Numbered from the stretch's first letter, positions 1 through 14,149 are shown. The stretch is 64,000 nucleotides of DNA from Octopus bimaculoides (GCF_001194135.2 NC_068992.1:64352485-64416484); one strand, 5' to 3'. Translations and numbers: made by a program. Notes: generated by a model not told the origin, from the sequence alone.

Positions 1-1
1 T

Positions 2-49
<48 letters not shown>

Positions 50-3000
50 TCTTGTTTCTCCAATCGTTGCGATTTAGCTTCTGGTCAGCACAGTTTGAGT
101 AAAGATGTGTTCTTTCTTTTTTCAGACTCAATGTGTCAAGGACTACATTACCCAATGTGTCCTCCCTTTTGAAATATAGCAGCATGTGATTTGAGGGAGA
201 CTTGGCTGTTATTTCCAGCAAGTCAAGTAACCACATAGTGGACTCCCTTGTTGGCGCAATCAAATTCTTGACTCGTGTACTGCTTGATCAATATTTGCTT
301 GGGTTGTTGTATTTCAATGCTGGAACTTTTATGCCATCAATTATTGCCCTGCCCACTCAAAATATCTAAATTTAGATTTATGTTTATAGATTATTTTTAT
401 TATTATGAAGGCAGCAAAGGCTACAAGCTGGCAGAAACTTTAGCATGTCAGATGAAATGCTTAGCAGTATTTCTTCTCGTTCTACGTTCTGAGTTCAAAT
501 TCTGTTGAGGTCGACTTTGCCATTCATCCTTTTGGAGTCATTAAAATAAATACCAGTTACACACTGGGGTTGGTGAAACTGAATCTCCCGTGCCTCAAAA
601 CTTCAGGCCTTTGTGCCTGTAATAAAAAAAATGGATTTTTGTTATTGTTTAGGCAGTGAGCTGGTAGAATCATTAGATTACTGGACAAGATGTTTAGCGG
701 CATATTTTCAGGCTTTGCATTCTAAGTTCAGATTCTACAGAGATCAACTTCAGCTTTCATCCTTCTGGAGTCAATAAAATAAATGTCTAGCACTATCTGG
801 TCAATGCCAGCCCCTTCGCCCTGACTGGCCCCTGTACCAGTGGTACATAAAAAGCACCATCCAAACATGGCTGATGCCAGTGCCACCTGCCTGGCTTCTG
901 TGCTGGTGGCATGTAAAAAGCATCAACTCTCAGAATGGTTAGCGTTAGGAAGGGCATCCAGCTGTAGAAACATTGCCAGATCAGATTGGAGCCTGGTGTG
1001 GCTTCCTGGCTTGCCAGTCCCCAGTCAAACCGTCCAACCCATGCCAGCATGGAAAACAGACATTAAACAATGATGATGATGATGACATGTGTCAATGTAC
1101 TCAGCTCACTTCCACATCTCAAAATTGCTGGCTTTGTGCTAAAATTTGAAACTCTTATTATTATTATTTTAGATGGCAGAACCTGTAGAGTGCTAGACAA
1201 AATATTTTGTAGTATTAAGTTACATCATCATCATTTAATGTCTATTTTTCATGCTGGCATGGGTTGGACAGTTTGATGGGGTGGGGTCTGATGAGCTGGA
1301 GAGCTTTGTCAGGCAGCTGTGTCAACTTTGGCACAGTTATTATGTCTTGATACACTTCCTAACACCAATTGTTTTATGTTGCAAGTTCTAATCTTGTTGG
1401 GTTTGATGTTGCCATTCATCTTTCTGGAGTTTGATAAAACAAAATATTGGTGAAGTTTGAATGCAGGCTGGCCTGTGTGATGAAGAATTTCATTTTGCAG
1501 ACACATGGTTCTGGGTTTGGGCCTATTGTGTGCTACCTTTGGCAAGTGTCTTCTGTCATGACCTTGGACTGACTGACAGGTTGGCAGAAACTGTACAAAC
1601 GCCCACTGAATATGTGTTTGTGTATTTTTCACTGCTATATATTAGTGACAATGTAAACATTGCCAAGAAGAGTGGAGGAAAAGAAACAAAAAGAAACTCC
1701 AAAAAATATGGTGCTTTATGAATGAAACCCTTTGCATTATTTGTTCTGCACCAAGTTAAAGACACTCCCTTGTCACTCTCACTATGAGAAATGCTATGAA
1801 CAGGTCATTGTCCCATTAGAAAGCTATGTAATCAATGATGTTATTGTGATATAAATAAAATACTTGCTTGGTGTTGATTTCATTGACCTATCCTCTTCCC
1901 TTACCTCGAAAAAAAGAAAAAGAAAAAGAAAAGAAAAAACAAAAATAAAGACAAAATATGTCAATGTTAAAAATCATTATTTTAGATATTTTGGCAAAAT
2001 GCCAAACAGTATGTTTTATGGTATTTAGTTTCATCTTTTGGTGTTTTGAGTTCAAGTCCTGTCAGGGTTAACTGTCCCTCCCATCCTTCCAGTGTCCTTC
2101 CAAGGTCAAGAAAATAATCAAATGCTGATGTCAATGTAATTCTCCGTTTTCTCTGTTTAAATTCTTGGTCATGTTCCAATGTAAGAAAATATTTTGGTTG
2201 GTAAGAAGTCGGGTTTGGGATGGAATAAATTATGGTGTTTGCTCAAACCTTTTGGTACCACATATTTCACTCGAAACACACTGCCTTTATTTCAATTAAT
2301 TTTGAAAATAATTAAGAATTTTATTAAAATAAGTTTGTTGTTATTTAAGTTAGAGTTTAAAATATAAATTAACATGGAATTTTGATGGAAGACTTTAAGA
2401 TCACTTCAAAACTGGGAATTTGCATCATTAAGAATTGGAAGCTATCTTGGGTGGTTTGGTATCAAAAGGGTTAGGAGTGGAGTGGTGGTGATGGTGGCTT
2501 TTTCTTTGTTTTGCAAGTTACACAGCATCCTCACCAATGTTGGTTAAAAAAGGCATCCAGCACATTCTTTAAAGTGGGTGACATTAAGACAAGCATGCAG
2601 ACATTGGAACCTGGTTCAGTCCTCTGGCTTGTTGGATCCTATTGAACCATCCAGTCCATGCCTGCATGGAATATGAATGCTAAATGATGGTGTCCACGTC
2701 TGTCCTCTGATTCTCAGGAAATAGTCTTCTCCGTTTCCTGAATGGCTTGTCAACTTTGGAAAATTATTGATTTTGAGATTATCTCCCCTTCTTATATGGA
2801 ACTTCTCTCAATTGCCATTTGGCAGTTATGGAGACACCCTCCAAGGGTAGTGATAGTTTTAATAAATCAAGAATTTATGTTGTATGGTATTTAACATACC
2901 TGTATTTTTCTATGTTACTCAAATACATGACACGGGCTACTCTGAGTTATTTCCCTTTGCTCATCTTTTTTGTTTAAATTATATATAATCAGCCTCCATT

Positions 3001-4489
3001 TGCCACGCTACTGGTCCCTCTGCCTTGTTCATTTTTATCCATCTCATACCTTGCAGGTCCACTCATATGCTTCATCACCATCATTTTCATCTCTTCCCTG
3101 CTCCCCCCGGATTACTCCCAACCTCTCTTCTAAAACATGTGCAGTCAAGTATCTCCTCGACAGTATTCCTTCCTACACCCCACTCTCTCTTACTCACACC
3201 CCTCATCTCCTAGCATAAGGCTGCTTCTCTTAGGGTTCATAGTCTTGCAAGCTGCATGGTAATTTCATTACTGCTGGCAGCAAATAAAAAGCATCCTATG
3301 CACTCTGTATATCCTATGCACTCGCATTGATGTTGCAGCATGGGCAACATCAATGCGATAAGAGAATTCCTCCCAGACATGTATCAGCATATCGCACTCC
3401 ACTGAGTACTTCTTTGGCTGTCTGGTTGAATGCTTTATCGAAGTTTTTCCATGTCCCTTCTATGTCAATATCTTCTGGAATCGCCTCACGTAAAGCAGAT
3501 TTATTCTTTAGTTCCACAATGAACTTGCTTTTGGTATGCTGATACGCGTCAGGGAGGAATTCTCTTATTGCATTGATGTTGCTCGTATTGCAGGTGGTGG
3601 CAGGAAATAAAAGTAGATTGTGACTAAATACTTGTGACTTAGAGTTTTCTATTGCTTTTCCTTATTAAAATATTGCGTAATGAAATCAGTTCATTCTTCT
3701 TGAATAACCCTGTATATATATGAATGATGATGATGATGATATATAGTTCTTTCATTCATTTAGCATTTGTTTTTCTATGCTAGTATGGCTTGGACAGGAA
3801 TTGGTTTTGAGGCAAGATTTTACAGTTTGATGTTCTTCCTGTTTTCAACTCCATTTAAAACATTGAGTGGAATCATGGTACCTACTCCCAGGTCATACTC
3901 CCTTGTGAGTGGACAAACTCCCCCACCCCTTCCCATTTAAAACGCCATATTACTAATTTTCCCAAAGTTAATATTCCAGCTGCCTTTTAATTATGTTATT
4001 ATGGTTCAGTTGTGCAGAACTATGAACGTTTATACAAAGAAACTGTTATTTCCCTTTTAAAAGAACCTTTTTGGTCAAATCTAAGATCAAAGACCCGTTT
4101 GCATTTGAGGGTGTCACTGCAGCTTGTTACCTACAGTAATTTGTCATTTCAACAACAATTGTTTAAATGTTAAACAGCAAATAAACACTAAACCTTCTTG
4201 AATTATAATTCTTAATGCCATCCTCATTTCTCATCTTTCACTGACATATTTTTGCACAGAAACATTTAGTCTCGATTAATTTCCATAAAAAAATTTAGAC
4301 AAACTTTTAGTGAAATGGGGAAAAACTGCCAATGTTTGATGCAATGTAAAACCATGTTTTCTGGCATACAAGTTGACATATTATATAGTGTAAACATTCA
4401 AATGTTGTCACTGTCTCTTCCAAATCTGGTTTCATTTCACATGGAAGCTTTGGTCCTTCAAAGCCATCTTGTTGTATAAGTTGACCTAT

Positions 4490-4520
<31 letters not shown>

Positions 4521-6181
4521 GGTTGTAAATTTTGGTTTGAATAATTTGATTTGTATGCTGGAAAATATTGTTTATAAATTGGAAGATTGAACACTTACAA
4601 GGTACATTCTAGAAGTTTTGAAATTGAGTTTCCAAACTGTCTTCGCGTTCTTCATTCTGAAAATTAGTCAGCTGTGACAAGCAGTGTTTATCAGGGGGTG
4701 TCCAATGTGCGGATACAGCTGTCTCCTCCAATCTGGAATAACAAAAGTTGGCAGGTCAGCTTATTAGATGTATAGTAGTAATATACTAAAGTTACAATAA
4801 TCTAAGACTGATATAACTGTCTTTCCTAAAAGAGTCTCAAAAACTTCTGAAATGTACCTTGTAAACCTCATTTCACCCTTTTACTTGTTGCATCTTGTAA
4901 CCTGGATTTCAACAGTAAATTGGTTTGTTACTCTTATAAAACCACTCTTCTCAACTATTCTGTTGATTTCACATTTTTCTACACTATTTATAAACACAGC
5001 ATAGTCATAAAAACAAATAGCATTTCTATTATAAACAATGATTATGTTAATATGTTACTGTTAAGTTCCAGGTTAGACCTGAATGAACAAACCTATGATC
5101 AGACGTATTCCAGCTGTGACCATCCCATTTTTTCTAGACTGCTTTATTCAAGGTGCCCTTGTGTCCTTTTCCTCGCCCCCATCATCCCCAAGACTGTAAG
5201 CTTGACGAGTCTATATAATATACAATATATAATTACAATCTTCAACACATACTGTTTTAATATCTACAATTCATCATTGATCACAAGCAGATTTCTCTTT
5301 TAAAATAACTTAATAACTATGTGTGAGCATGAGTATTTCCTGGGTAGGTTGGTATGTAAAATGGTTAAAAGCAAATTAGTATATGTATATACATGGGCAG
5401 TAAGTTAATAAGGTACCAGATGGCCGGCCTAGAAGTGAGGAGCTGTGTTGGGTCATTGGGTGAATGACTCTGTCTGTCAGATAGACAATAGGTACACAGA
5501 AGAGTTACAACACTCCATGCTAAACAGCAATGCTGTGAAATTGAGGGAGGCCTCTATGTGGTTACTTGAACTATTATATGTAACAGCTAAATCTCCTTCA
5601 AATCCATTCCTTACTGCTATTCCTTACCTTTTAGCATTAAGGTTTCTTTGTCCAATGTAATGCTCATTTATTCATGTTATTTTGAATTCATCATGCATAA
5701 TCTTGTAGCTTCGAGATTTTGATGATGTGATTGCTTATCTTAAGAATGACATTGCCAGGTAGATGTGAGAGGCTAGATCTGGCCAGTTTGATAGAATGAT
5801 TAGGCTGGATATGGTCAGTGGTAATACTAAAGGATTAAATAAAGAATGAACAAAGCAGTGCCTCAGTACATAGTTGTCCAACCCATATTGTCATGGGAAA
5901 ACGAATGTAAAACTGAAACAAAGAAATGAACACTAATCCTTTCTATTATCGGCACAAGGCCTGAAATTTTGGTAACCAGTTGATTACATTGACCCCAGTG
6001 ATAGACTGAACATATTTTACTGACCCTGAATGGATGAAAGACAATGTCGATGTCAATGAAATTTGAACTCAGAACATAAAGCTGAGAAAAATGACAGGAA
6101 GTAGTTTGTCCAGTATGCTACCAATTCTGCCAGCTTGTTACATTAAACAAATGAATAATAATATAGTATAGTTAGTATAAT

Positions 6182-6488
6182 GGAGGCACATGGCCTACTG
6201 GTTAGAGCAGAGGACTTGCGATCAAGGGATTGCAGGTTCGAAAATCAGACGGGGTGATGTGTGTGTTAGTGAGCGAAACACCTAAGCTCCATGTGGGTCC
6301 AGCAGAAGGTAATGGCAAACTTCTGCTGACTCTTTTACCACAACTTTCTCTCACTCTTTCCTCCTGCATCTAGCAGCTCACCTGCGACAGACTGGCATCC
6401 CGTCCAGGTGGGGAACTTATACGCCAATGAAACTGGGAAACCAGCCCTTATGAGCCAGGCATAGCTCGAGAAGGAACAAACAACAACA
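6182..6488 (+). mobile_element. tRNA-derived SINE (family A)
   Basis: Head GGAGGCACATGGCCTACTGGTTAGAGCA..GGTTCGAA with A- and B-box-like motifs, conserved body and (CAA)n tail. Related copies near 17828-18180, 36324-36812, 45499-45965 (two), 49777-50140, 55810-56062, 57340-57670 and 58310-58555. Confidence 0.85.
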
Positions 6489-8851
6489 CAGTTAGTATAG
6501 TAGTTAGTAAGTGTAGCAGTTTTTGTTATTTAACTTTAGATCTTGCTATCATAGATGTGTGATCATAGGCGTTGCAGCTGCCATTATAACATCTTTAGTA
6601 TATGATGTATCTAGGACTAGAGTATCTAAATATACTATAGTTAATACTAGGGGCTGTAGTTGTTTTGATGTGTTGTTTAGCCCTAGGTCAACCCGTATAC
6701 AGATCTATGATGAAAGGCATTCCAGTTGTGACAACCCTGTCTTTTTAGAGATATCTAGAACTTCATTGCTTATGTAGCATGGCTTCTCGCTTTTTAAAGA
6801 TGATACTGTATGATTTGAGAGATATTTGTCAGTTGCTGTTTCCAGCAAGTTTAGCAGACATGTAGGGACTCCCATGTTTATGAAAAGTGAAGCATTTGTG
6901 AGGGAAATCTTTCCCTGGGCAGTAAGTGTTCCAGGAAGGTTTGATACTTCTTTCTCCACAGTAAGGAGAATTGATATAAAGAGTATTAAACATCATCATC
7001 ATCAGCATTTAACATCCGTTGTCCATGCAGGCATGGGTTGGACAGTTTGACCAGGGCTGGTAAGCTGAGGGGTTGCACCAGACTCTGGTCTGATTTGGCA
7101 TGGTTTCTATGACTGGATGCTCTTCCTAACACCAACTACTCTGAGAGTGTAATGGGTGCTTTTATGTACCATCGGCATGGGTGCCAGTTGTGTGACACTA
7201 GTATCTACCATGACTATCATTTCATTTGGCTTTATGGTCTTCTTCTCAAGCATGGCATATTGCTGAAGGTCTCAGTCATATGTCGTTGTCTCCATGAGGC
7301 CCAACACTGGATAGGTGCATTTTATTTGTGCTACTGGCACAGGTGCCAGTTATGCGACACTGGCATTGGACACATTGCCTCCGTGAAGCCCAACACTTGG
7401 CAGGTGCTTTTTTATGTGCCACTAGCATGGGCGCCAGATGCCTCTGTGAGGCCCAACGCTTGAGAGGTGCTTTTTACATGCCAGGTACATGACACCAGCA
7501 TCGGCCACATTGTCTCTGTGAGGCTCAATGCTTGAAAGGTGCTTTTCATGTGCCACTGGCATCCGTGCCAATTATGTGACACTGGCATCAGCTATGATTA
7601 CAATTTCACTTAGCTCTTCTCGCCAAACATCTCGGTCACTAGTCATTGCCTCCATGAGGCCCAACATTTGAAGATCATGCTCCACCACCTCGTCCCATGT
7701 GCATGTATATAAACTCGTGTATGTATATAAATTTGTGTATGTATATAAATTTGTGTCATTATCATCATCATCATCATCACTTAACTTCCTCCTTCCTTGC
7801 TGGCATGGGTTGGACGGTTTGACAGGGGCTGGCCAGGCAGGAGCCTGCACCAGGCTTCTGTGTCTGTTTTGGCAGGGTTAGCTGTGTCATAAGAAGATTG
7901 TTTCCCAATCACATAGTTCTCAGGGGGAGGGTGGGGGTTGTCCCCCCCACCATTTTAGAACCGGTGTTGGTGTGTTTATGTCACTGTAACTTAGTGGTTT
8001 GGCAAAAGAAACTGATAGAATAAGTACCAGATTTTAAAAAGAAAAATAATTACTGGGATTGATCTATTCAGCTAAAAGTCCTTGAAGGTGGTGCCCCAGC
8101 ATGGCCGTAGTCTAATGACTGAAACAATTAAAAGATACAAGATAAATATATTCATGGGTGAATATATATATATTTGTGTATGTATAAGTATGTTCATGAG
8201 TGTAAATATGTATGTGTATGTAAATATATCATCATCATCATCATCGTTTTACGTCAGTCTTCCATTCTGGGAAGGGTTGGGCTATTTCAGAGAATTCAAC
8301 AAGCCAAAAGACTGCACATAACACTGCATCGGTGTGTCTATGTGGTTTTTAATAGATTCAATGTTATGAATATCATATGTAGCCTGATTCTTTTTGGGGG
8401 AAAATCCAAATAGATATTGTTTAATATCTTTGATGTATATATACATACATCCACACACGTGTCTATATATATATATATATACATTCACATGTGTTTGTGT
8501 GTGTGTGTGTGACATGTCACGAAGCCACCTCCCTTATACTACACCCCCATTCTGTCAAGGAGTATTGTTGTACAAGTTACTTGTCTACTTTAAATGCATC
8601 GGTGTGTCTATGTGGTTTTTAATACATTCAATGTTATGAATATCATATGTAGCCTGATTTTTGGGGGGGAAATATCCAAATAGATATTGTTTAATATCTT
8701 TGATGTATATATACATACATCCACACACGTGTCTATATATATATATATATATATATATCGGCCATTATTATGATCGGCCATTATTATGATTGACCGTTGA
8801 CTGAACACTATTCAATTTTTTTTCTCCGTGTTTTTCTCCTTGTCTCCGTAT

Positions 8852-8888
8852 TCTTTCTGTTGAAGAGCGTAGCTCGAAACGTCAAAGA
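8852..8888 (+). ncRNA. Minimal type-I hammerhead-like fold (variant core) in a Penelope-like repeat end
   Basis: Stem I TCTTT/AAAGA; core CTGTTGA (A6>U) plus an extra A; stem II GAGC-GTA-GCTC; GAA; palindromic ACGT stem III; C17 at 8883. Confidence 0.65.
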
Positions 8889-8976
8889 CTTTCCGTATTC
8901 CCGAGCGTCATACTAATATATACTTTTGTTATTTACACCACCTGTCCTTGTCTGTTGTTATTATTTGTATATTCTC

Positions 8977-9019
<43 letters not shown>

Positions 9020-9082
9020 NNNNNNNNNNNNNNNNNNNNNNNNNNNNNNNNNNNNNNNNNNNNNNNNNNNNNNNNNNNNNNN

Positions 9083-9118
<36 letters not shown>

Positions 9119-10077
9119 CATGTCACGAAGCCACCTCCCTTATACTACACCCCCATTCTGTCAAGGAGTATTGTTGTACAAGTTACTTGTCTACTTTAAA
9201 TGGTGTCAGTGCCACGAAAAAAGCACCAGTGTGTGCCTTAAGGTAGTTGGCTTAAGGAAAGCCACCCAGCTGTAGGAAATATGCCCAAGTGGACACTGGA
9301 GCTCAATACAGTCTTCTGGTTTATTAGATCCTATCAACTGTCTGATCCTTTCCATCTTGGAATAGGGAGGTTAAGTGATGATGATGATGATGATGATGAT
9401 AATGGAGATATCTTTTGTGATATCTGTGTGTGTGTCTGTTTGCCTATGAGTGTTGTTAGACACACACATCCACACATGCATACATACATTCTAGCACTGA
9501 TGAACACATTCCAGCACATGTTATTGAGTGTTCTAGCATACTTAACATACATTCTAGCACACACACACACACACACACACCTGCACCCGGATACGTGCCT
9601 ACACATGCAGTATGCACCTGCACACCTACACAGGCAGGTATGCAGCTACACCAGCAGATATGCACCTGCACCCACATATGCAGATACAAATGTGCCGACA
9701 CACACGGACATGCACTTGCCCCCACATAATGATGCAGGCATGCATCTGCCCCTACATAATGATGCAGGCATGCACCTGCATACACATGCAGGTATGCAGC
9801 TGCACACATGCAGGTATGCAGCTGCACACATGCAGGTATGTAGCTGCATACACATGCAAACTAACACACACACCTGTGTGCACACTCAAACATTCCCTTT
9901 CTCCATCTCTCTCTCACTTTTACATACTCTGCTTCTCTTTTTCTGTCTCTGTCAACTACAAAGATCTCATATGTATATGTGATTCGTTCTTTGAAGAATG
10001 TCTCTCTGTCCATAACACACCTGTTAATTTGATAAATTGAATTTTTGCGATACACTATATTAAAACTCCAAGAATGC

Positions 10078-10225
10078 TTACAACTGATTGGATCCGACAC
10101 AGCTTGTATGATGGTGATGGTTATTTACAACTGATTGGATCCTACACAGCTTGTATGTTGCTGATGGTTGCTTATAGCTGATTGGATCCGACACAGCTTG
10201 TATGATGCTGATGATCGCTTCCAAC
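10078..10225. repeat. 47-bp tandem repeat, about 3 copies
   Basis: Unit ttacaactgattggatccgacacagcttgtatgatggtgatggttat repeated with a few substitutions. Confidence 0.9.
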
Positions 10226-11859
10226 TATGATATGAGACAATAATCAAGACAAGGAAACACGTATATACACCTGATGGGCTACTTTCAGTTTCCATCTCTC
10301 AAATCCATTCACATGGCATTGGACAGCTTAGGGATATAGTAGAAAATACTTGCCCAAGGCACTGCGCAATGGGCTTACCCTTGAGATCATGCGGTTGCAA
10401 AAATGAGTTTCTTAACCACACAGCCCTGCCAACACCTACACATTTAATGCACTGAATATTTGAAATTTAATTTTCTTTTTAACCATTGAGTGATTATGAT
10501 TGCTTTTAACTGCCTGTTGCAGTTAGAGAAAACAGTTTTTGTTACATTACACTTACAATGTGTGTGACAAGTTGTCCACTCATCATAACAGTTTTATCTG
10601 ATGATAAATGCACATATATTTTACAACATTCACCAACTGACCTATTTCATCTGTTGCTGTTGCATCTATTCTCTTTGATATTTTTGGCTAATGTCACCCA
10701 ATAAAGGATGAACAATTTCACAGGAAATGGCATATCAAGAATCTGTGAAGATAAAATTAAAACGAGAAAGAAAAACAAAATTGAGACAAAGCTCCTTTTT
10801 GTCTTGCTTTTAACATTTTAACTCTGTGAAAAAAATATGTTGAATTTATTGTTGTTGTTGTTAACTCGGTGTTTTCATTTCTTTTTTTTTTTGTCATTTC
10901 TGTCTTCCTGTATAACTTTGTGAAATGACTTTACAACAGCAAAAGATTTTGTGAAAAAAAAACTTCCTCTCACTCCTACTTTTCACTCCTCTTCTCTCCT
11001 ACCTCCTCTCACTCTTACTCATAATCCTACAACTCTCCTCTCACTTCCACTTATCACTCCTACCTACTCTCACAACTACTTTGTCACACCTACCTATTCT
11101 TCACTCCTACTCTAAAATTCACTCCTCCTTATTCTTCACTCCTACTTTATCACTCCTGTCTCCTCCCACTCCAGTGTCATCATACATTCAAACAGTATGA
11201 GAGCTTTCACTTGGTCATTCAGCACACTAGGAATAGCAGCCAATTGTCCCTCAACCCACACCTTACCTTCTTAAAAAATGAAAAATATCACATTTTGTAG
11301 CACAATCTTAGGTGCAGTGTTTATTAGAATAAGACCAGATGATCACAAGTAGAAAACCTTCGATCAGAAGTCTGCACCATCATGCCTGACCTTATTGTAT
11401 GATGTAGGATGTCCATGGGAATGTATTATTTCTGCTTCTCTTAAGGCTGTCTCGTTAGTTTTGATCTCATCTCCACAATAACAATCAATAGCGAGTGAGA
11501 TATAGAAGTGGGGGGGGGGTCTAAATGGCCTTGCAACAACCTGTTAGAAATAGCAGCCAAATCTCTATGAAAAAAATGGAACAACACAATGGCTGATGAT
11601 ATCTTTAAAAATGCTATTTCTGGAAAAGAAAGGACAGATTAGTTACAACTGGTGTGCCTTATGATCACCTTGACCAGAATTGGCCTTTGGCGCTAATCAA
11701 TTAGTAGTTTCTGAAAATGAATGTTTCAGCTTTGACAACTGTTCTTGGTAACCAGAATCTAAACCATTGCCATTACCTCTGTCCCGACTTGTTTGTCAGC
11801 TCATATTTATTTATCGTTTCTTTAAACCCTATCGCATAACAATCAATCTATTCTTTATA

Positions 11860-12605
11860 CGAGGTTTGCTCAATAAGTATCTGAACTGTTGCTATAATAA
11901 TGAAGCTAAAGCATGCAGAGTGAAACCGCTTGGCACAGATTGATCTTGAACTCTGTTGTGCATGTGCACTAAGTTTTAACATTCTAACTCATTTATGCTG
12001 TTTACAGCAGTACTTGGAAGGAAGGTGTGTAGCGTGTGATTGTCACATTGACCATGACAGAGGAAGTTGTCATGGTGATACCTACTCAGAGGCCTATTCA
12101 AAGTTGCAGAAAGTGTATGGAGAGGAGTGCATTAGCTGCACACAAGTGTGCAAGTGGTTCAGATGTTTCTAAGATGACTGAAAATTGATATTGTTGAATG
12201 TTCTGGGAGACCTGCAACCAGCAGAACTGTGGAAAACATCGCAGATGTGCATGCAACTGTGTGGGGAAATCGTTGAATCACCATCCATAAGTTATCAGAG
12301 GATGTGCAGATTAGTTACGGTTTGGTTTGGTTCAGTTCATCATCACTGAAGATTTGGGTATGAGACGCATGTCTGCCAAGTTTGTGCCAAAACTGCTTTC
12401 AGCTGACCAAACTTGGGTTTCAGTTGCACAAGATCTCCTTGGTTGTGTGAAGAATGATGAAAACTTTTTGAAAACTTTGCATAGGCCTCTGAACAGGTAT
12501 TGCCAAGCTTTTGGCAAAATTTTATGCAGATTCTCTATTCAACTTTCTCTGTCATGGTCAATGCAACAATCACACACTACACACCTTCCTTCCAAGCACT
12601 GCTAA
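11860..12605 (+). mobile_element. Mariner-like element, internally deleted and decayed
   Basis: Starts TA|CGAGGTTTGCTCAATAAGTATC. Broken N-terminal transposase (SEAYSKLQKVYGEECIS..VCKWFRCF; GRPATSRT; EDLGMRRMSAKFVPKLLS); catalytic domain absent. 12005-12064 is the inverted complement of ~12545-12605. Confidence 0.85.
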
Positions 12606-13598
12606 CAATTCTGCCCTGCATGCTAACAATTCTGACAGCTTGCTGCCTGTATAATACTAACAACGACAGCAACAACAATGACAACAACAACAACAATAAC
12701 AATAATCCTGAACAACCCTGGCTAAGACAACTCTTGGTTCTTTGATTCATTTTCAAATGTTCATATTGACAGTCAAACTTTCCGTCATAATTTAGCTGAA
12801 AGTTACTCATAGTGATGCTCCAGCACCTGACCCACAAATTTGCTGTCTTCTCTCTCTGCTTTTTCTGTCAATACTATAACGGCCTCTGCTCCTTAGAACT
12901 ATCTGATCTCATGCTAACTCCATTCAGGCATTACTTACCCCTTCATCTCTCTAGTTGTCCAGCAGTGGTGGGGGACAAACACATACAAAGACACACACAA
13001 ACGTGTGTGTGTGTGTGTGCACATGCGTAAGGATTTGGTAGAAAGAAAGTGGAAGGAGCCCATCATATATATATGATGGGCTGCTTTTGGTTTCTATCCA
13101 CCAAATCTTCTCTCAAGGTTTTGGTCAGCCCAGGGGTATCATTGAAGATATATGCCCCAGGTGCTGTGCAGTGGGACTGAACCCAAGGCTGCATGGTTGG
13201 GACGCAAGGTTCTTAACCACACACATACACTCGTTATAGATGTAATGGAAACTATTGTGTCATTTAAAGTAGGTTTTGTGAAAACGAAATGTGACAAAAA
13301 GATTTTCTTTACCACTTTGTCTTCTTTGTATTTTTTTCTCTCCTCCCCCCTCTTGCCCTCCCCTACTCTTCACCGGTCCTCCCTGCCTCACTCTGCAGCA
13401 CTGTCACAAGTTCTGGTTTATTCATTGTGTGTTGCTTGTTATAGACTGACTCAGAAGTTTTGAAAGGTAATTAATTTAAATCTTCTGGCAATATATGTTT
13501 AGTGTTTTTTGGTATTGAATTACAGTGTTTTCTTGCAAACAAACTCACTCTCTTCCTCAAAATTAACTGAATGTAGCTCTCTCTCTCTCTCTCTCTCG

Positions 13599-13675
<77 letters not shown>

Positions 13676-13678
<3 letters not shown>

Positions 13679-14149
13679 GGTGACTCAAGAAAAACAGAAC
13701 CCACAGATCTTTGAATAAAACTATTAACTTTAAGGCAGTGCTGATGCTGAGGAAGATTTGAGCATCGCTGGGACAACGCTGAGGAACAGGTCGAGACGAA
13801 TAGTGGTTCCAAATGACTCTCTAGCCTAACTGAGCCTCCCTAGCCTGGCTGAGAGAGCAATTTCAGGAGATTGATGAACTTAAGGCTGCAATCACTGCAG
13901 AAATCAGAGAAATCCACAAAGAGGAATGTGTTCGAGTAATTGACAATTTTGTGCAATGTATGCAAGGTGCCTCGAATGTCACGGAGGCCATTTGGAGCAA
14001 ATTTTGAAAAGAATATGACTTTTCTGCAAAGGGAATGATCATACACGGACTGAAGTTGAAGTCCAGCAAATTTAAAGAAATCTGCCGGTTCTTCTTTGTA
14101 GGATTTGATAAAAGTTTTATAGGTTCTGTTTTTTTTTGTGGGTGTCACC

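Noticed and set aside
5071-5195. Exon-like segment (ccag|...AAGACT|GTAAGC) encoding LNEQTYDQTY, reminiscent of the YEQTL end of ClC-2 exon 1
   Set aside because: The same nucleotide motif (gacctatgatca..ttccagctgtgaccatccc) recurs at ~6690-6750, ~32440-32540 and inverted at ~39450 and ~40590, so it is an interspersed repeat; the resemblance is probably chance.
6875-6960. ATG-initiated frame with two phase-0 GTAAG donors (after 6921 and 6960) as a possible exon 1
   Set aside because: No similarity to ClC N-termini and it is sandwiched between repeat fragments; cannot be supported without transcript data. Exon 1 remains unlocated and may lie upstream of the window.
8326-9200. Local duplications (8326-8470 versus 8596-8750; 8500-8595 versus 9105-9200)
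   Set aside because: Near-identical copies next to an N-gap and microsatellites; most likely allelic or assembly redundancy.
9281-10100. Long His/Met/Cys-rich ORFs (up to 233 aa)
   Set aside because: Translation of low-complexity (CA)n/ATGCAGGT-type tandem repeats; no splice or homology support.
10965-11180. Degenerate CTCACTCCTACT-type tract (complementary-style tract at ~15360-15510)
   Set aside because: Low-complexity simple repeat with no ORF or defined unit; no evidence of function.
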